Below, in pieces: positions 45,900 to 59,386 of a DNA stretch of 64,000 bases; within the stretch, counting starts at the first letter, position 1; every line of letters starts with the position of its first letter. The stretch is taken from NCBI GenBank assembly GCA_964016885.1, contig OZ024743.1, positions 37,572,001 to 37,636,000 of the forward strand. Reading direction: 5' to 3'. A program made the translations under genes and the position numbers. The stretch comes from Eledone cirrhosa. Taxonomy: Eukaryota. The notes under the pieces were generated by a model that was not told where the DNA came from, made no database searches, and saw only the letters and a program-made list of their open reading frames with translations.

Positions 45900-47548
45900 T
45901 CTTCCCCTCGTCTGCCCAACCACCGCCGTCTGGCACACCACCAGATGAGAGAGCGAGCTTGCCTGAGCCCCAAGCGTCGCTGGTCAACATTGCTCGGCTC
46001 AGGCGGCTCCGAAAGATCCCACTCAGGGTCCCGAAAGCGGCCCGGGTGCCGGTAGCCGATGCCCTCGCTTCCTCGATTGAGAGCGCCCTGGACTCCAATC
46101 GAGCCAGCAACTGGGAGCGACTCTTTTATTACGCCCCACTCGCCCTCGGCCTCCCCAGCTCTGTCGCTGACCGGGGCAGCTGATCGACAGCAGCCTGCGT
46201 CAAGACCAATGTTTCGTCCTTTGGGCAAACGCCCATTCCAAGCGTGCCCAGGGACGCCGCATACTCCATCCTCGGGTAACCCCATTCCTCCACCCATGAG
46301 GCCAGCGCCAAGCATTTTCCTGACTGCGTAAATGCTAAACTAATCATGGGTAATGTCTCGGCCGCAGTCAGAGTGATTGCCTCACACGACACTCTCCTCG
46401 AACCCACTGAGGAGGTCCTTGCTGCCTTGCGACTCAAACACCCTGAGCCACCCGCTGATCTCAGACACATACCCCCACCCGACCTCAACTTGCTCCTTGT
46501 GGCTTCCGACGCAGACATCATGTCTCCCATCAGGTCCTTCCCAGCTAGCACCAGCGGAGGTGCTGTTGGTCTCCGACCAGGTCACGTCAAGGAGTTGCTA
46601 CCCCCTCTCTCCGCTGACGCCGGTCGCCGCCTTCTGAGTGCAATTCTGGCGCTCACCAATAGGCGAATCCATGGCACCCTGGAGCCTCACACCCGAGGCC
46701 TCTTTTTTTCGGCTAGCCTCCCCGCTCTCAGGATGAAAGAGGGTGGCATATGCCCCATCGTTGTGGGCAATCTCTTTCGGAAGCTGGCTGCCAAGGTGTT
46801 TTGCATGTCCATAACACCCGAACTGGGTGAGGAGTTCAATCCGGTGCAACTGGGTGTCGAGGAGTCCGGTGGCTGTGAGGGGGCCGCACATGCAACCAGG
46901 CTGTTCTTCAACAGCTGCCCACCGGAACCGGAATCCAGGGACTCCAGGCACCTTATTGTCAAGCTTGACATGAGGAATGCCTGCAACTGCTTGCCCCGGG
47001 ACTATCTGCTCTATGTCTGCCTCAGCCGAGCCCCCTCTGCCTACCCGCTGGCCTACCTGTCGTATGGAGCATGCTCCTTGTTGCTGATACAGTCATATCT
47101 TCGGCTACTGGGATCCAACAGGGTGACCCTTTGGGACCCCTCCTGTTTGCCCTTGGTATAGACCACATCGTCCGGAGTATCACTGCCCCTCTCAACGTTT
47201 GGTATTATGATGATGCTACGTTGGCGGGCCCGTACAGTATGTCTGCCATGACCTACAATTGGTGGTTTTTGCCTTGGCGGGAATCGGCCTCCAGGTCAAC
47301 TCGACAAAAACGGAGGTGGTGAATGTAAGCCACGATGCTGAGAGCTTTGCAGCCTCCGTCTCGGAGGTGCGGTCCATTCTCCACCAGCTACAGGTGACCC
47401 CCAAAGAGGATGTCCTCATCCTCGGGTCACCGATACAACCGCCGGCCATCCGCTCCACAATCAGGTCCAGGCTTCCTCAACTCCAGACTCTCACGAGCCG
47501 ACTAGGCCCGATCGACGGTCACCCAGCTCTCTTTGTGTTGAGGAACTC
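45900..47548 (+). mobile_element. CRE-clade non-LTR retrotransposon RT region, frameshifted and 3'-truncated
   Basis: VPKAARVPVA, LRLKHP, GLRPGHVK, PIVVGNLFRKL, QLGV, KLDMRNA, GIQQGDPLGPLLF and WYYDD across ORFs 45959-46183, 46346-47161, 47071-47322 and 47259-47570. Confidence 0.82.
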
Positions 47549-47915
47549 ATATATGAAAAAAACAACCTGAGCCCCCTCCTTTGTTTGAAAAACTTTGTAA
47601 CGCGAACTGGCGAGAAATTTATTATACTTATTCACCAACTAACCAAGTTACTTCTCTAAAAACCTGGCATTTCGAGTCACTTTTTTTCCATAAAAAACAG
47701 AAGTAACATTCAAAGACCAACTAGATGTGAGAAAAACCACAAATCCTCCATCTCAATTCTACTTTTGAAAAGCAGCAGAACTGCGAAACCGGTAAAGGAA
47801 CCAATAAATATATATAAAAAAAAAGACTCCAGTTGCATTTCGATTTCATCTTTTTACCTTATACTTTCACTCGTGTAGGACACCTCGGTTATTTGTCAAA
47901 AAACCTCACTTTCTA
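47547..47915 (+). repeat. PLE-type terminal repeat truncating the CRE element
   Basis: Inverted homolog of 40921-41234. Contains a hammerhead-shaped motif at 47762-47797. Confidence 0.7.
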
Positions 47916-47997
47916 ATATATATATATATATATATATACATATATATTACTAATAGGAATATATATATATGTATGTATATATATATATATATATATA

Positions 47998-50079
47998 TGT
48001 AGCGGTTGTCTCCCTTGTTTTGATTAGGATCTAGACGGGAAGTGGAACCCTTTCTGCAACTTCCGGTCAGAGCCCTATAAAACTAACAACTTTAAGCTTC
48101 CTTTCTCTCTTTGCCTTTTCGGCACCAGGTCGAAGAGCCTCTCATTTGGCTCTGCCATTAATTTGGCCAACAGGCGCCTGGCCTTAGCCAGGCGCCCTCT
48201 GCCAGCCGCGTTTGCCTGGCAATCAAAACGGTAACTACTAACTTTGTTTCATTCTAACATCTATCTTTGACATGTCAAGTATTCTATCTACCGTTAATTA
48301 AATATTATATACACAAACATTGTCTCGTTTTGTTACATTCATACAACTCAGTACTTTCGCTATATTGGTAACCCTGACGTGATACGAACACGCAGCCGCT
48401 CATCGCTATAAGTGGTCACCCCCAAAAAAAGAAAAAAATAGCACATCTGGTTTTGTGAGTAACATTACGAATACACAGCAAATTTAGCGACAAACTATGA
48501 AAATACTCAAGGACACGCACACACGCACATGTGGAATTCGCACAGACATACTTTTTCTCTCACGCATCAATTAACTGTCGCATTTCACCAATATATATAT
48601 ATATGTTTCTCGTTTCTTACAACGAACACTTTCAAAACAAAAAAAACATTTCACGATATATATATATGTATCTCGTTTCTTACAACGAACTCTTTCAAAA
48701 CACACAAAAAAAAAAAGAAATTTGATATTCTTTAAAAAACATTTCAACAGGAACATTTATTTTCGATGAACCATTGCCTTTTGTTCATCGTTCAAGTTTT
48801 TTGTTTTTTTCCAAAGTTCACACCTATAATTATGCTGATTGAAGCCTTTCTTTTTCATCATTGTCACTTTCAAAATTGCACTATCATTTTCTCGCGCGTT
48901 AGAAATATTTTTTTTTCAACCTTGTATTGGCACGTGTAGGCAGCATAAATTCTCGATTCACTGAGATGTCTCTACGCACAGACAGCCGCACGCCATTTAT
49001 CACCAGGGATTCTTCAGCCTTAAGCTATATTCTTCTATTTGCCGGTTTATAAATTTACAATGTAAATTTACCGTTGATAACCGCGCATTTATTGGGAATG
49101 CTTATTTCTCTGGTCGCTGGCCTCTTGACCCTTCCAGGTCAACGCATTCTCAACATCGACCATCAACTTCGGCTGCTATTTCTAGCACTTTGCGCAACTC
49201 ATTTTTTTCTAAAAAAAAAATTTTTTTACTGTGAATTTAAACACCGAATACGCTCACTCAGCGAGACAACAGCAGCAGCAACAGCAATATAACAGCAACA
49301 GCAATACATCAACACAGCTTCACCAAAGCCAGAGAATTTATTTTTGCAGCACTCTTCCTGTGAGAAAATCCATTCGGAGGTTGGAAATTTCACGATATAC
49401 CACAGAACAGAAACCACCTGCATTCATTCTCTGGAACACACTTTCTTTCCAGCTGTCATGTGATTGCACACCTGTGAACTATATTTTGAACTTTGAGCTC
49501 TTCTATTACTTTTACTTTATTACATTGTATCTTTGGGTGATGGATAGATGGATGTCCAGTCGTTCTCTGGCCAAGAGCGGTTGGCTACCTTGATATCTAT
49601 CATTGATTTTTCCAAACATTCTTTTGTCGCAATTTTCATGCCTGTTACAACATTCTCGCCAACTTGCTACATATTTTCATTTCGATTTTTATACACTAAA
49701 ATTCTGGCGGGAGGTTATGTAGCGGTTGTCTCCCTTGTTTTGATTAGGATCTAGACGGGAAGTGGAACCCTTTCTGCAACTTCCGGTCAGAGCCCTATAA
49801 AACTAACAACTTTAAGCTTCCTTTCTCTCTTTGCCTTTTCGGCACCAGGTCGAAGAGCCTCTCATTTGGCTCTGCCATTAATTTGGCCAACAGGCGCCTG
49901 GCCTTAGCCAGGCGCCCTCTGCCAGCCGCGTTTGCCTGGCAATCAAAACGGTAACTACTAACTTTGTTTCATTCTAACATCTATCTTTGACATGTCAAGT
50001 ATTCTATCTACCGTTAATTAAATATTATATACACAAACATTGTCTCGTTTTGTTACATTCATACAACTCAGTACTTTCG

Positions 50080-50084
<5 letters not shown>
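47998..50084 (+). mobile_element. Non-autonomous LTR retroelement (TRIM/LARD-like) with apparently identical 367-bp LTRs
   Basis: LTRs 47998-48364 and 49718-50084 (tgtagcg...cgctata). PBS tggtaaccctgacgtgat at 48366 is tRNA-Trp-like. Purine-rich ggcgggagg precedes the 3' LTR. The 1.35-kb interior is non-coding and both flanks are (TA)n. Confidence 0.93.
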
Positions 50085-50141
<57 letters not shown>

Positions 50142-50289
50142 CATCAAAAGATGGTTAAAGGAGTTCCATGTATTTTATTATGAGCATTTCAAAAACAAAC
50201 ATCATCATGCAATAATATTTGTATTTTCATCAGATAAAACAGGAGAACATGATATGAAGGCTAAAAAACACTTGTGGATAGTGCAGTTT

Positions 50290-52214
50290 TAAATCAACAT
50301 ATGAAAAGTAGTTTTAGATTGATGTGTGATATTGGGAAAATATTTTATTTAGAGAGGAGGGGGGTGGAGAGGATGAAAAAAGGGGAGGAGATGAGAGTGA
50401 AGGTGGAGAGGGAGAGATGGGTGATAGAGAGAAAGAGATAGTTTTTATAACTGAGAGAAGATATATTGTTTTACATAGAGAGGTTGAAAACCGTTGGAAG
50501 ATAATGTATAAATTAAAAGAATTTGAAAATTAACGAAGAGAAAAATATGTACGAGGAAAAAATATTTTATTTAGAGAGGGGGGGGGGGTGGAAAGGATGA
50601 AAAAAGGGGAGGAGATGAGAGTGAAGGTGGAGAGGGAGAGATGGGTGATAGAGAGAAAGAGATAGTTTTTATAACTGAGAAAAGATATATTGTTTTACAT
50701 AGAGAGGTTGAGAACCGTTGGAAGATAATGTATAAATTAAAAGAATTTGAAAATTAACGAAGGGAAAGAGAGGGAGTTGATATGTATTGAGATTAAAAAG
50801 TTTGAAGATAGAGAGAAAAAATAATAATTGCGGATGAATATTCTAACGTCAAAAAGGTGTATGTTTATAAGTATTATGGCAATTTCAAAATTAACGAAGA
50901 GAAAAAAATTATTAAGGTTTGTGTGTTGAAGTTAAAGTTTGTATATTGAAGGAATTGATAATATGTGCGAAGAAAGAGTTAATATGTATTAAAATTATCA
51001 AGGTTTGTGTATTAGATGATTTGAGAAAAATAATGTGAAGTTAAGGTTTTTATATTGAAGGAATTGATAATTTGTGCGAAGAAAGAGTTAATATGTATTA
51101 AGAATGAGTTAGTTGATGGGAAGAAAAAAATATATTATTAAGGATGAATATTCTAGCGGCAAAAGAAGGAGAGGGAGTTAATGTGTTGAGATTAAAAAGT
51201 TTGATGATGGAGAGAAAAAATAATAATAATTGCGGATGAATATTCTAACGTCAAAAAAACAAATGTATATGTTATGAAGGATTTTACAAGGTGAAGATAG
51301 AATGAGGGTAATGAGTAAACAAGTATTATAGAGTGTATAATGCCCTTTGAAGTAAGGTAGGAAGATGGGTATATTTTAAAGAGGTGTATGTATATGTGCC
51401 TTTGAGAAAACATTCTAAATTGATAAAGAATTGAATATTAGCTGTATACTTTGTGAAAAGTCCTATGGAATTTATGCAGGCAGATAGAAAACAAATCTGT
51501 ACGTCTATTTATTATAGAATCTAGATTAGAGATAATGGTAAATTTTTCATTTAGGCAGAGATTACAGATTTTAGATAGAGAGCTGTTCAAGGACGCAGAA
51601 GAAACCTTCTTCCAAAAGATGGTATATTTAATGTTTTTGTCTTTCAAGGACCATATGAGTTCTGAGAGAGCCGTGTTGGTTCTTTTAAGTTTGTATTTAA
51701 AAGATGAATGATGATTATAGAGACAAGCTTTAAAAGAGGTGGAAGTGGAGCCAAAATAGGTGAAGGAATTGGTGCTAGTTATAACTTCACATTCATAAAT
51801 TAAGTTTTATCAAGACAATGGTTGTTGAGAGGACATTTATTTTTAATGCAGCAGTTGCAATTACAGAGATTATTAATGAGTGACCTAGTGTTATCTATAG
51901 AAGGAATTGGATTGGAGAAGTTGTTTGCGATAGGAACAGCTCTCTATCTAAAATCTGTAATCTCTGCCTAAATGAAAAATTTACCATTATCTCTAATCTA
52001 GATTCTATAATAAATAGACGTACAGATTTGTTTTCTATCTGCCTGCATAAATTCAATAAAAGACACAGAAACGAAAACCAACCAAACAGTGAGTGTGTTC
52101 TGTTATTAATTCTGGCAATATTATTACACAAATATAACCCTCCCCAAGTATAACAATATTTGTTTCGACACATGATTTCATATAAAAAACCTCGCCAAAC
52201 TAATTCATCGCCGT

Positions 52215-52215
<1 letters not shown>
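50290..52215 (-). mobile_element. Penelope-like element 3' end (GIY-YIG C-terminus) with inverted segment
   Basis: Minus-strand CNC...CPLNNHCL, YFGST, ALSELIW and CNLCLNEK at ~51438-51870. 51468-51582 is inverted at ~51940-52053. A ~220-bp direct duplication lies at 50337-50762. Confidence 0.78.
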
Positions 52216-52265
<50 letters not shown>

Positions 52266-52859
52266 CTATTCCTACTTACACTTACACATCCTCTAACCAA
52301 AGCAAACCAAATCTGGAAAATATATCCAGGTCAAGTATGAAGTGTATTACTCCAAAACTGTTAAGAGGCCCTGGCCAGATGAATGTTGTAGCCTCCCAAA
52401 GATAGTAACACACAAGCCAGGTGTGAAATTTAGGCCCTTAAAACTGGTACTAGTTCTATGCTAGATATGAAATATTAGCTTCGTTGGTAACAGGACTAGG
52501 CCAGATATCAAATAACGGTCCCCAATATGGTAAGAGATCCAGATGTTTTCCAGATACTGACTAATCACGTTAAGAATCAGTGTCAAATATATATGATGTA
52601 TGTATGGGTCCGTATATGGTAGGACATGATGTACATGCAAGTGACAGAACAGAATAAAAGAACTATCATTTGAGGAAAGTCGGTCCTTCAATATACTAGC
52701 CCCATGCTAACAAGCCTAGCTCTCCCCCTCACTAAAACCTTTGTAGCATTATACTCCATTATTTACAATTTCCGTAATTTTAGGTACGGTGATTAACAAA
52801 CAAACTACAGATAAAAGGTAAACCAAATAATTTTGAACACACACACATACACACACACT

Positions 52860-52895
<36 letters not shown>

Positions 52896-52967
52896 GGAGA
52901 GAGGGATAGAGATAGATAGAGAGAGAGAGAGAGGGAGAGAGAGAGATAGAGATATATATAGAGAGAG

Positions 52968-53040
<73 letters not shown>

Positions 53041-53629
53041 AAAGAAAAATAGAAATTCTTGAATAGTGATTGATCAATAAAAGTGAGTAAGTTTGGCCAA
53101 GAATGATTGAAGAGAGAGAAATATATAAGTAAATGGTGATTCACAATATCTCCCGTAATAATTTGTAAAAGAAAGATGGATGTCAGAAAGATAGGGCGGA
53201 AATAGAGAGAGCGATAATTGATAGTGTTAGTGCTTCAGAGATGACGGACTAGAATCTGTCAATTGTGAGGCTGACGACATATTCACAACAATTCAGATAA
53301 GAAAACTCAGAACGAGATTAGAAATATTTGAACCGGTGCCATTCAACATTTGTTTAAAGAACATTCCGTAGAAACTTTGTCAAATGTGGTGCCAAAGAAC
53401 TGTAGGAAGTTAATATATCAAAATAATCTTAGCTGATATTGCAGTCCTGAACGAACTCTACAAAAGAAAAGACCCGATATTTTGCCAAGCTTAATAAATT
53501 TTCTTTGACAACATATATTTTAAAATGCACAATTTGAAAATGTGTATCATTATAACGTATATACACATAGACACAAACACGCCCACAAACCCTCCCGCCC
53601 ACACGCACATATATATATATATATATATT

Positions 53630-53701
<72 letters not shown>

Positions 53702-53906
53702 ATAATGTTTCATTAGTTTTACCAAAAGTGGCAAATGATGTATTGATAATATAATGTGATTTCAGAAACATATCCTCTTCAAATTTTAGCACTTTCACTT
53801 GTATTAATACACGAATATAAAACAACCATAAATTACACAACGTCATAAACTTTGACTTGCAAGTTATCATTTTTTAAATATATATATATATATGTGTGTG
53901 TGTGTG

Positions 53907-53952
<46 letters not shown>

Positions 53953-54299
53953 CATATACAAAAATACATATATATATGTGTGTGTATATAATTCATTGTC
54001 TGTTACGTCATAAAAATAAATAAATAAATAACGATACTATTGTAGCATAGGTTTTCCAATAAGAATATTACATAATGGTCTTATTAATCGTATGTGGGGT
54101 AGATTGGCCGAGTCGTTAGAGCATCAAACCAATATTTAGCTGTATTTGTTCCGGGTCTTTCCTTTCCGAGTTCAAATTCTTCCGCGCTCATATTTGACTT
54201 CCATCTAGCTGAAGACATTTTCGTCCACTTTATATTTGACACATCCCACATAGAGGTTAGTTCATTAACTCTTAACATGTTAAAGTAAAATATCGTATA

Positions 54300-54517
54300 T
54301 AAACAGCATGTTCCGGCGGACAGGATGTAGAAGACATTGACCCAAAGTACGGCGAGGAAGACGCGCTGGAACAGCCTCGCCACATTGTGAGGCTCGCACG
54401 TGTGTGTAGCCAGCTTCTCTCCAATAATGGTGAGCAGGGATGAATTATGGAGTCCAAGAATGCCCGTGATCTCCACCGCCACAGGCACGACAACAAAACT
54501 ATCAGAGAGCAGCCGAT
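54300..54517 (-). pseudogene. C-terminal endonuclease fragment of a CRE-clade LINE, cut by the Gypsy LTR
   Basis: YRLLSDSFVVVPVAVEITG...LFQRVFLAVLWVNVFYIL resembles the conserved PVAVET.G...QRLS.AVQRGNA tail. Confidence 0.65.
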
Positions 54518-55392
54518 ATAAAGGAAACGAATGTTTGTCGATGAATGGACAATTCATCGTTTCCCTTTGTATGAATAAATGACTCCAGAAAGGGGGTGAA
54601 CAATCAAAATTTAACGATCTTTTATTAAATGTGATATTTAATAAATTTCCTACAACGTCAATTTAAACATACCTTGTGGGTTAATAAAAAAAGGTGTAAT
54701 AATATTCTCCGGTACAGAAATAACGAAGACATGAGCAAATGCCTATTCGTCGAGATATCGTAGCGTCCTTGATCCGAAGGAGGGCATTTTCACATCGTCT
54801 TTTACGAAGACAGCATAGTCAATATTTTATCAGGAGCGAATCCTTTCACGTCTGTTCAAACCAGCGTCTGTGATCGGATGTGTATTGCCTCCGCTCTCTG
54901 AAGAGTTGTTAAGGGGAGGCAACTGCTAGTTGTTAAGCGACCATCTCAGTCACTACATTCACCTCGGAGCAGATTTTTTGTTGAAAAATCGTTAACGATG
55001 AAGCAAAGGACCCACAAGGTAGTTTACAAAACGTAGAAGCATGTATCAACAAATTATGAAAAAAAAAAAAAAAATAGGTTCATGTCTGCAAGCATTAACA
55101 CAGAAAAAAAAATGTACAGCAAAAGATGCAAAATGCATGAAAAGATAACACTCTTCGCAATAAAGGGGCCCCAAATGCGATAAACAAAAAAACATTTTTT
55201 GCTAGGCAATGAAAATGCCATATGTAGCATAGCTATAAAAACGCACTAAAAAAATGGACTGTGTCAGAATTGACAACAGTCGTAATGTTACGAAAAATAA
55301 CATATATTGACACTGCAGTAGGCAGTCAGGAATCAAAAAGCAACCAAATGCAATATACAGCAAAAACAATTGTAAGAAATAAAGAATACAAT

Positions 55393-58300
55393 TCAGTTTA
55401 TATTACTGCATAGCTTACGGGGCCAATGCACCCTTCGCCCAGAACGGGTCGTAGTTCTGTGTTGATGGTGGGGGGTGGGGGAGGGGGGGGGGGGGGTAAT
55501 AGGCGTATGTGGCAAAGGAAAAGAAGAGGGCATTTGAGTTTCAAGTGTCATTGTGTCATTGTCCAGGTTTGCTCGTTTGAGACGATCAACGGAAACCGTT
55601 TCCCTGGAACCCCGAATGTCCAGTGTGAAATGTTTGTCTGTGCGAGCAAGCACACGATAGGGTCCAGAGTACGGCCGTTGAAGAGGGGGGTCTCACAGCG
55701 TCGTCTCTAACGAACACATGTGTCCACAAGGCAATATCCCTTGGGACGGCAGATTTTACAGTCTGATTCCTAGTGCCCATCGGTGGTAGATCCTTGAAAT
55801 AAGAGTGAAGCCGGGACACGTAGGAAGCGGGGTCCTGCGAAGTCAGGTCAAAAGGGGCCAGCATTTGCCCCGGTAACGCCAGAGGAGTACCATAAACTAA
55901 TTCGGCAGAGGAGAACCCAAGGTCCACCTTTACCGTCGACCGAATACCCAACAACACAATAGGTAGGTACTGGCCTCAACGTGAAGAGTCCATGGAAGCC
56001 CTTAAGGAGGCGTTGAGTTGCCTGTGGTATCTTTCCACCATTCCGTTTGAGGCTGGGTGGTAAGCCGTGGTTCTTATTCGAGTAGCCCCCAGGATTTGGG
56101 TTAATTCTCGGAAGAGGTTAGACTCAAATTGACGACCACGATCTGTTGTTATGGTGGTTGGTACACCGAAACGAGCGATCCATGAAGATACGAGAGTACG
56201 GGCTGTGGTTTCAGCGGTGATATATGTTATAGGAACGGCTTCAGGCCAACGCGAAAAACGGTCAACAATCGTCAAAAGATACGAAAGACCACGACTAACC
56301 GGCCACGGGCCGACGATGTCCACATGAATGTGACGAAATCTTGCATCCGGGCAGGTGAAGGTTCCGAGAGGAGCCTTAACATGTTTATGAACTTTCGCTT
56401 GTTGGCAAGCGACACAGAAACGATACCAAGCAGCAATGTCACGTCTCATATCAGGCCAGAAAAATCTGGCTGTTATGAGTTTTACTGAGGCTGATACTCC
56501 ATGTAAAGCGAGAAACACAGTTTGTCGATGTTCCACTGGGATTAGAGGTCGTGGTGAGTCCAACGAAACATCACACAGTATTTGTCCGTCAGCAGTTGAG
56601 ATCGGAATATATTTCAGTTTGCAATGTACAAACTCTGGCGATGTAACATCCAACGATTCGAGAGTGGGTTGGGCAGCTGCCATTCGATGTAAATCTATCT
56701 CCTCGGAAGAAGAAATCGATGCGATCGGCAGGAGAGACAGCGCATCGGCCGCTGTATTCAAAGAACCCGGAATATATTGAATGTCGTTCGTGAACTGTGA
56801 GATGAAGTCTAGATGTCTCGTTTCTCTGGGCGAGTATTTGTCTGCTTTAGTTCGAAGAGCAAACGTCAAAGTTTTATGATCAGTGAAAATGGTGAATGTT
56901 CTACCTTCAAGTACATGAGCAAAATGTTTCACTGATAAATAAATTGCTAATAGCTCCCTTCCAAAGGTGCTATAGCGAGTTTCGGCAGGCTTTAACCTTC
57001 TCGAAAAGAACTCGAGTGGTTGCTGTAACCCATCACACTTCTGCTGTAAGACTGCGCCCACGGCGCTATCCGAAGCATCAACACAGAGCGATGGCTCGGC
57101 GTTGGGTATTGGGTGGGCGAGCAAAGACGCGCTCGCTAACGCCTTTTTCACTTTTTTAAAATCCTCAAGCTGCATTTTATTTAAGGAAATGTCCATATTC
57201 TTACGCCGGCAACCCTTAAAAATTTCTGTCAACGAGAACAGCAAGTTGGAACAACCAGGTACGAATCGCCTATAAAAATTTACAAGGCCCAAGAATTGAC
57301 GCAATTGTCGCAGTCAACTTGGCGGAGGCAAATCCGATACTGCCTTAACCTTCTCAGGAAGAGGTCGAATACCATCGGCGTCAATCAGATGGCCTAAAAA
57401 TGTTAGTGAAGTCGAGCCGAAAACACACTTGGAAGCATTAATACGAACATTATATCTCTGTAAACGACGAAATACGAGATCCAGATGCTTTGAATGCTGC
57501 TCAGGGGAAGAACTAGCAATCAACACATCATCGATATACGTGTACACAAAATCCAGGCCCTGAGTAACATCATCCATAAATCGTTGGAAGGTACTTGCAG
57601 CATTTCTAAGGCCGAAAGGCATGGTGAGGAACTTGAATGATCCGAAAGGAGTAGCAATAGCAGTCTTTGGGATATCCTCCTTGTTAACCGGAATTTGATT
57701 ATAAGCGCGGATCAAATCAAGCTTAGAAAAGATTCTGTAACCCTGCAATGACGATGCAAAATCCTGCAAATGCGGGATTGGATAACGGTCAGGCACAGTA
57801 ATCGCGTTTAAGCGTCGGTAGTCACCCGTCGGTCTCCAATCACCAGAAGATTTAAGTACCATATGTAGAGGCGATGCCCAAAAATTTGTGGAACACCGAA
57901 TTATTCCTAATTCCAGCATGTGGTCGAATTCAAGACGTGCAGCTTTCAACTTCTCTGCAGATAATCTTCGAGGACGTGAGAAAACAGGTGGACCTGTAGT
58001 GGATATGAAGTGTTCAATCGCATGATCCGGGCTAGTAATTCGTAACTTTCCCTGCGTCAACTGAGGGAATTAATGTAACAGGCTTTGATACTGGTTGCCC
58101 ACTTCAGCCAAGAAAAAGGAAGGGCTGACAGTGGCGACGTCCGGCTCTGAACCCTCGAAAGATAGGCGTTTCAGTATCAAAAAGGCGTTGTCTGCGGATG
58201 TCCACGGACAAGGAAAAATGGTGGAGAAAATCCGCTCCCAAAATGGCGTATGGCAAGTCGGCGATAGTAAACTTCCACTTCAAATCACGACGCACATTTT

Positions 58301-58500
58301 TTAACCGAAGAGGAAGCGAAATTTGCCCGTACGTTCGAATGGCCGTGTGGTTGACTGCTCGTAGATTTATATTTGCTTCAAGGGTTTTTTTGAGATAACT
58401 GACTGGCCAAATACTCAGCGACGCGCCAGTATCGACAAGGAAAAATTTTTTTGACCGCAGGTCGTATACGAAAAGATGGCGGTTCGGTCCATTTTCCCAG
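55393..58500 (-). pseudogene. pol: Pol (protease, RT, RNase H, integrase) with several frameshifts and stops
   Basis: FLVDTGAS near 58430; [10 protein letters not shown] and YIDD (57314-58060); RNase H DAS, ELLAI, TDHK; integrase HVDIVGP, TDRGRQF and SNGMVER (55976-57304). Confidence 0.92.
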
Positions 58501-58516
58501 AGTTCACTAGCCGCCC

Positions 58517-59386
58517 CTAGTGGCTCTGCTTTGCGTTTTCCGATCTCTTGTAATTACAGGACGTGCGACAACGTTGTGCCCTACTGCCGAAGTTAGTATG
58601 ATACCAACAAAACGAAGAATTATTGTTGTCTGCGTTGTAGTGCTGGCGATGAATAGAAGACGGCGGCGAACGGTACTCGTAGCGGTTTCGAGGAATAGCA
58701 GACGAAGGCAAACGGTACTCGTAGCGGTTTCGAGGAATAGCAAACGGAGGCGAACGGTACCTCGAACGTTGAGAAGGCTCTCTGTGTTGTACGGTCAAAT
58801 CCTCCACTTTTTGGGTGAGCGCTTCGATCATCTCCAACAGTTTGCTGTCGGCCACAGAAGAATTGCGTGGGGGAACAGAAGAAGAAGCCACACAAGGATT
58901 ATGCCGATTGCTGTTAGAGTCCACCTCAAGTATTCTATCCGCGGATGCGGCAAGTTGATCTAACGACTCCCTCTCCAAACTATTAACCAAAACCATTTGC
59001 GCACTTGGCGGTAAACGTGAGAAAAAGAGCTGTTTTATGAATGGGGTGTCCATCCCCTGGGAGTCGCTCAACACCCGCAAATGTCGCAAATAGGAGCTCG
59101 GCGTTCTGTCACCCATTTGCGCATCCTCCAACAAACCCCGAAAACGACTTTCCACCGACTTGGTATTTCTCCGAAGAGTTTCGGTTTTTAACGAGCCGTA
59201 AGTAACGTCGGCGTCCAAATCCGTCACCACGTCCTTCACAGAGAATGCCAAGAAAACAGACAGGCCATTGATCAGGACCTTTAATCTGTTTGGTTCCTTA
59301 GTATGGGTCAAGTCGAAGTAGCATTCGAGCTGCGAAAACCATAATCCGACGTCGCCTGCGAAGGTCGGCAAATGATGTGGATTCAT
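58517..59386 (-). CDS. gag: Gag (289 aa)
   Basis: LWFSQLECYF, MGDRTPSSYLRHLR, LFFSRLP and CWYHTNFGSRAQRCRTSC (Cx2Hx9Cx3C). Confidence 0.88.
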   Translation of the reverse strand: MNPHHLPTFAGDVGLWFSQLECYFDLTHTKEPNRLKVLINGLSVFLAFSVKDVVTDLDADVTYGSLKTETLRRNTKSVESRFRGLLEDAQMGDRTPSSYLRHLRVLSDSQGMDTPFIKQLFFSRLPPSAQMVLVNSLERESLDQLAASADRILEVDSNSNRHNPCVASSSVPPRNSSVADSKLLEMIEALTQKVEDLTVQHREPSQRSRYRSPPFAIPRNRYEYRLPSSAIPRNRYEYRSPPSSIHRQHYNADNNNSSFCWYHTNFGSRAQRCRTSCNYKRSENAKQSH

